From Anaerolineae bacterium (GTDB lineage: Bacteria > Chloroflexota > Anaerolineae > B4-G1 > DUEL01), in contig JBDOIF010000047.1 in assembly GCA_041082215.1 (NCBI GenBank), forward strand, positions 62,001 through 110,487: a DNA stretch of 48,487 bases, in the 5' to 3' direction. The position numbers and the translations under genes were made by a program. The notes beneath the pieces are model-generated. The model saw only the letters and a program-made list of their open reading frames with translations, searched no databases and was not told the DNA's origin. Below are positions 48,183 to 48,487 of this stretch, piece after piece (the stretch's first letter is position 1; every line of letters starts with the position of its first letter).

Positions 48183-48374
48183 AGGTGTATTTCAGTTTGG
48201 ATGCGAGATGTCCCTGGCCCGGGCCGGACCTGGGGAAACACGAATGACGCGAATGGAAACGAATACCGCGAATGGAGCAGGTATCCCTCCTGTTCGCTGT
48301 ATTCGGGCCATTTGTGGGATTCGCGAGCCATCGGCGAGCGAGAGGGCCACTCGCCCCGAAATCGAAATACGCCC
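48183..48374 (+). mobile_element. MITE family A, copy 4 (192 bp)
   Basis: Both TIRs; flanks CCACTACAA/CCACTACAT. Confidence 0.9.
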
Positions 48375-48388
48375 CCACTACATAAGGA

Positions 48389-48487
48389 CTGAGGTTCGGA
48401 CATAAGTTGGGACACCACTTCCTCACCCCACCCCCGGCCCTTCGGGCCACCCCCTCCCCTCTCCTGACCTTCGGTCAGGAGAGGGGA
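48389..48487 (+). mobile_element. MITE family B, copy 2 (cut by window end)
   Basis: CTGAGGTTCGGACATAAGTTGGGACA followed by cctcaccccacccc...cccctctcc..ggagagggg as in 17785-17963. Confidence 0.6.

Noticed and set aside
8225..48450. Recurring small ORFs (FNFGASGPLARRW, GHLAPKLKY) as a gene family or transposase
   Set aside because: Translations of MITE-A; no consistent start, stop or DDE motif.
8534..48487. Repeats as a CRISPR array
   Set aside because: No regular repeat-spacer series and no cas genes.

Overview
GC-rich bacterial chromosomal window, most likely Chloroflexota (Anaerolineae-like; inferred from gene content, Y/F-L-P motif secreted proteins and intergenic repeat style). About 40 protein genes: DNA repair (mutL, 3-methyladenine glycosylase, radA), an AT-richer BglII/BstYI-like type II R-M pair, panE, amrS, an AbrB antitoxin with a broken VapC, an XdhD-like molybdoenzyme with a shortened FAD-type subunit, a liv-type ABC transporter behind a structured leader, two convergent S8 peptidases, LysM, CAP and SH3/glycoside-hydrolase envelope proteins, an MshA-like glycosyltransferase, an FGGY kinase, a chlD-like chelatase with an A9 slippery site, RRM and cold-shock genes, and an unassigned glycyl radical enzyme (GRE) operon. 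No rRNA, tRNA, CRISPR array or transposase was recognised. Intergenic DNA carries two MITE families (A: four copies plus an orphan end, 8-9 bp target duplications, often beside sigma70-like promoters; B: two copies) and 7-9 nt periodic repeats. Best leads: the GRE operon, a subtilase with its pro-domain apparently at the C-terminus, a shared Y/F-L-P motif on four envelope proteins, the MITEs, the liv leader RNA and the chlD frameshift site. All family calls come from reading motifs by eye; no searches were run.
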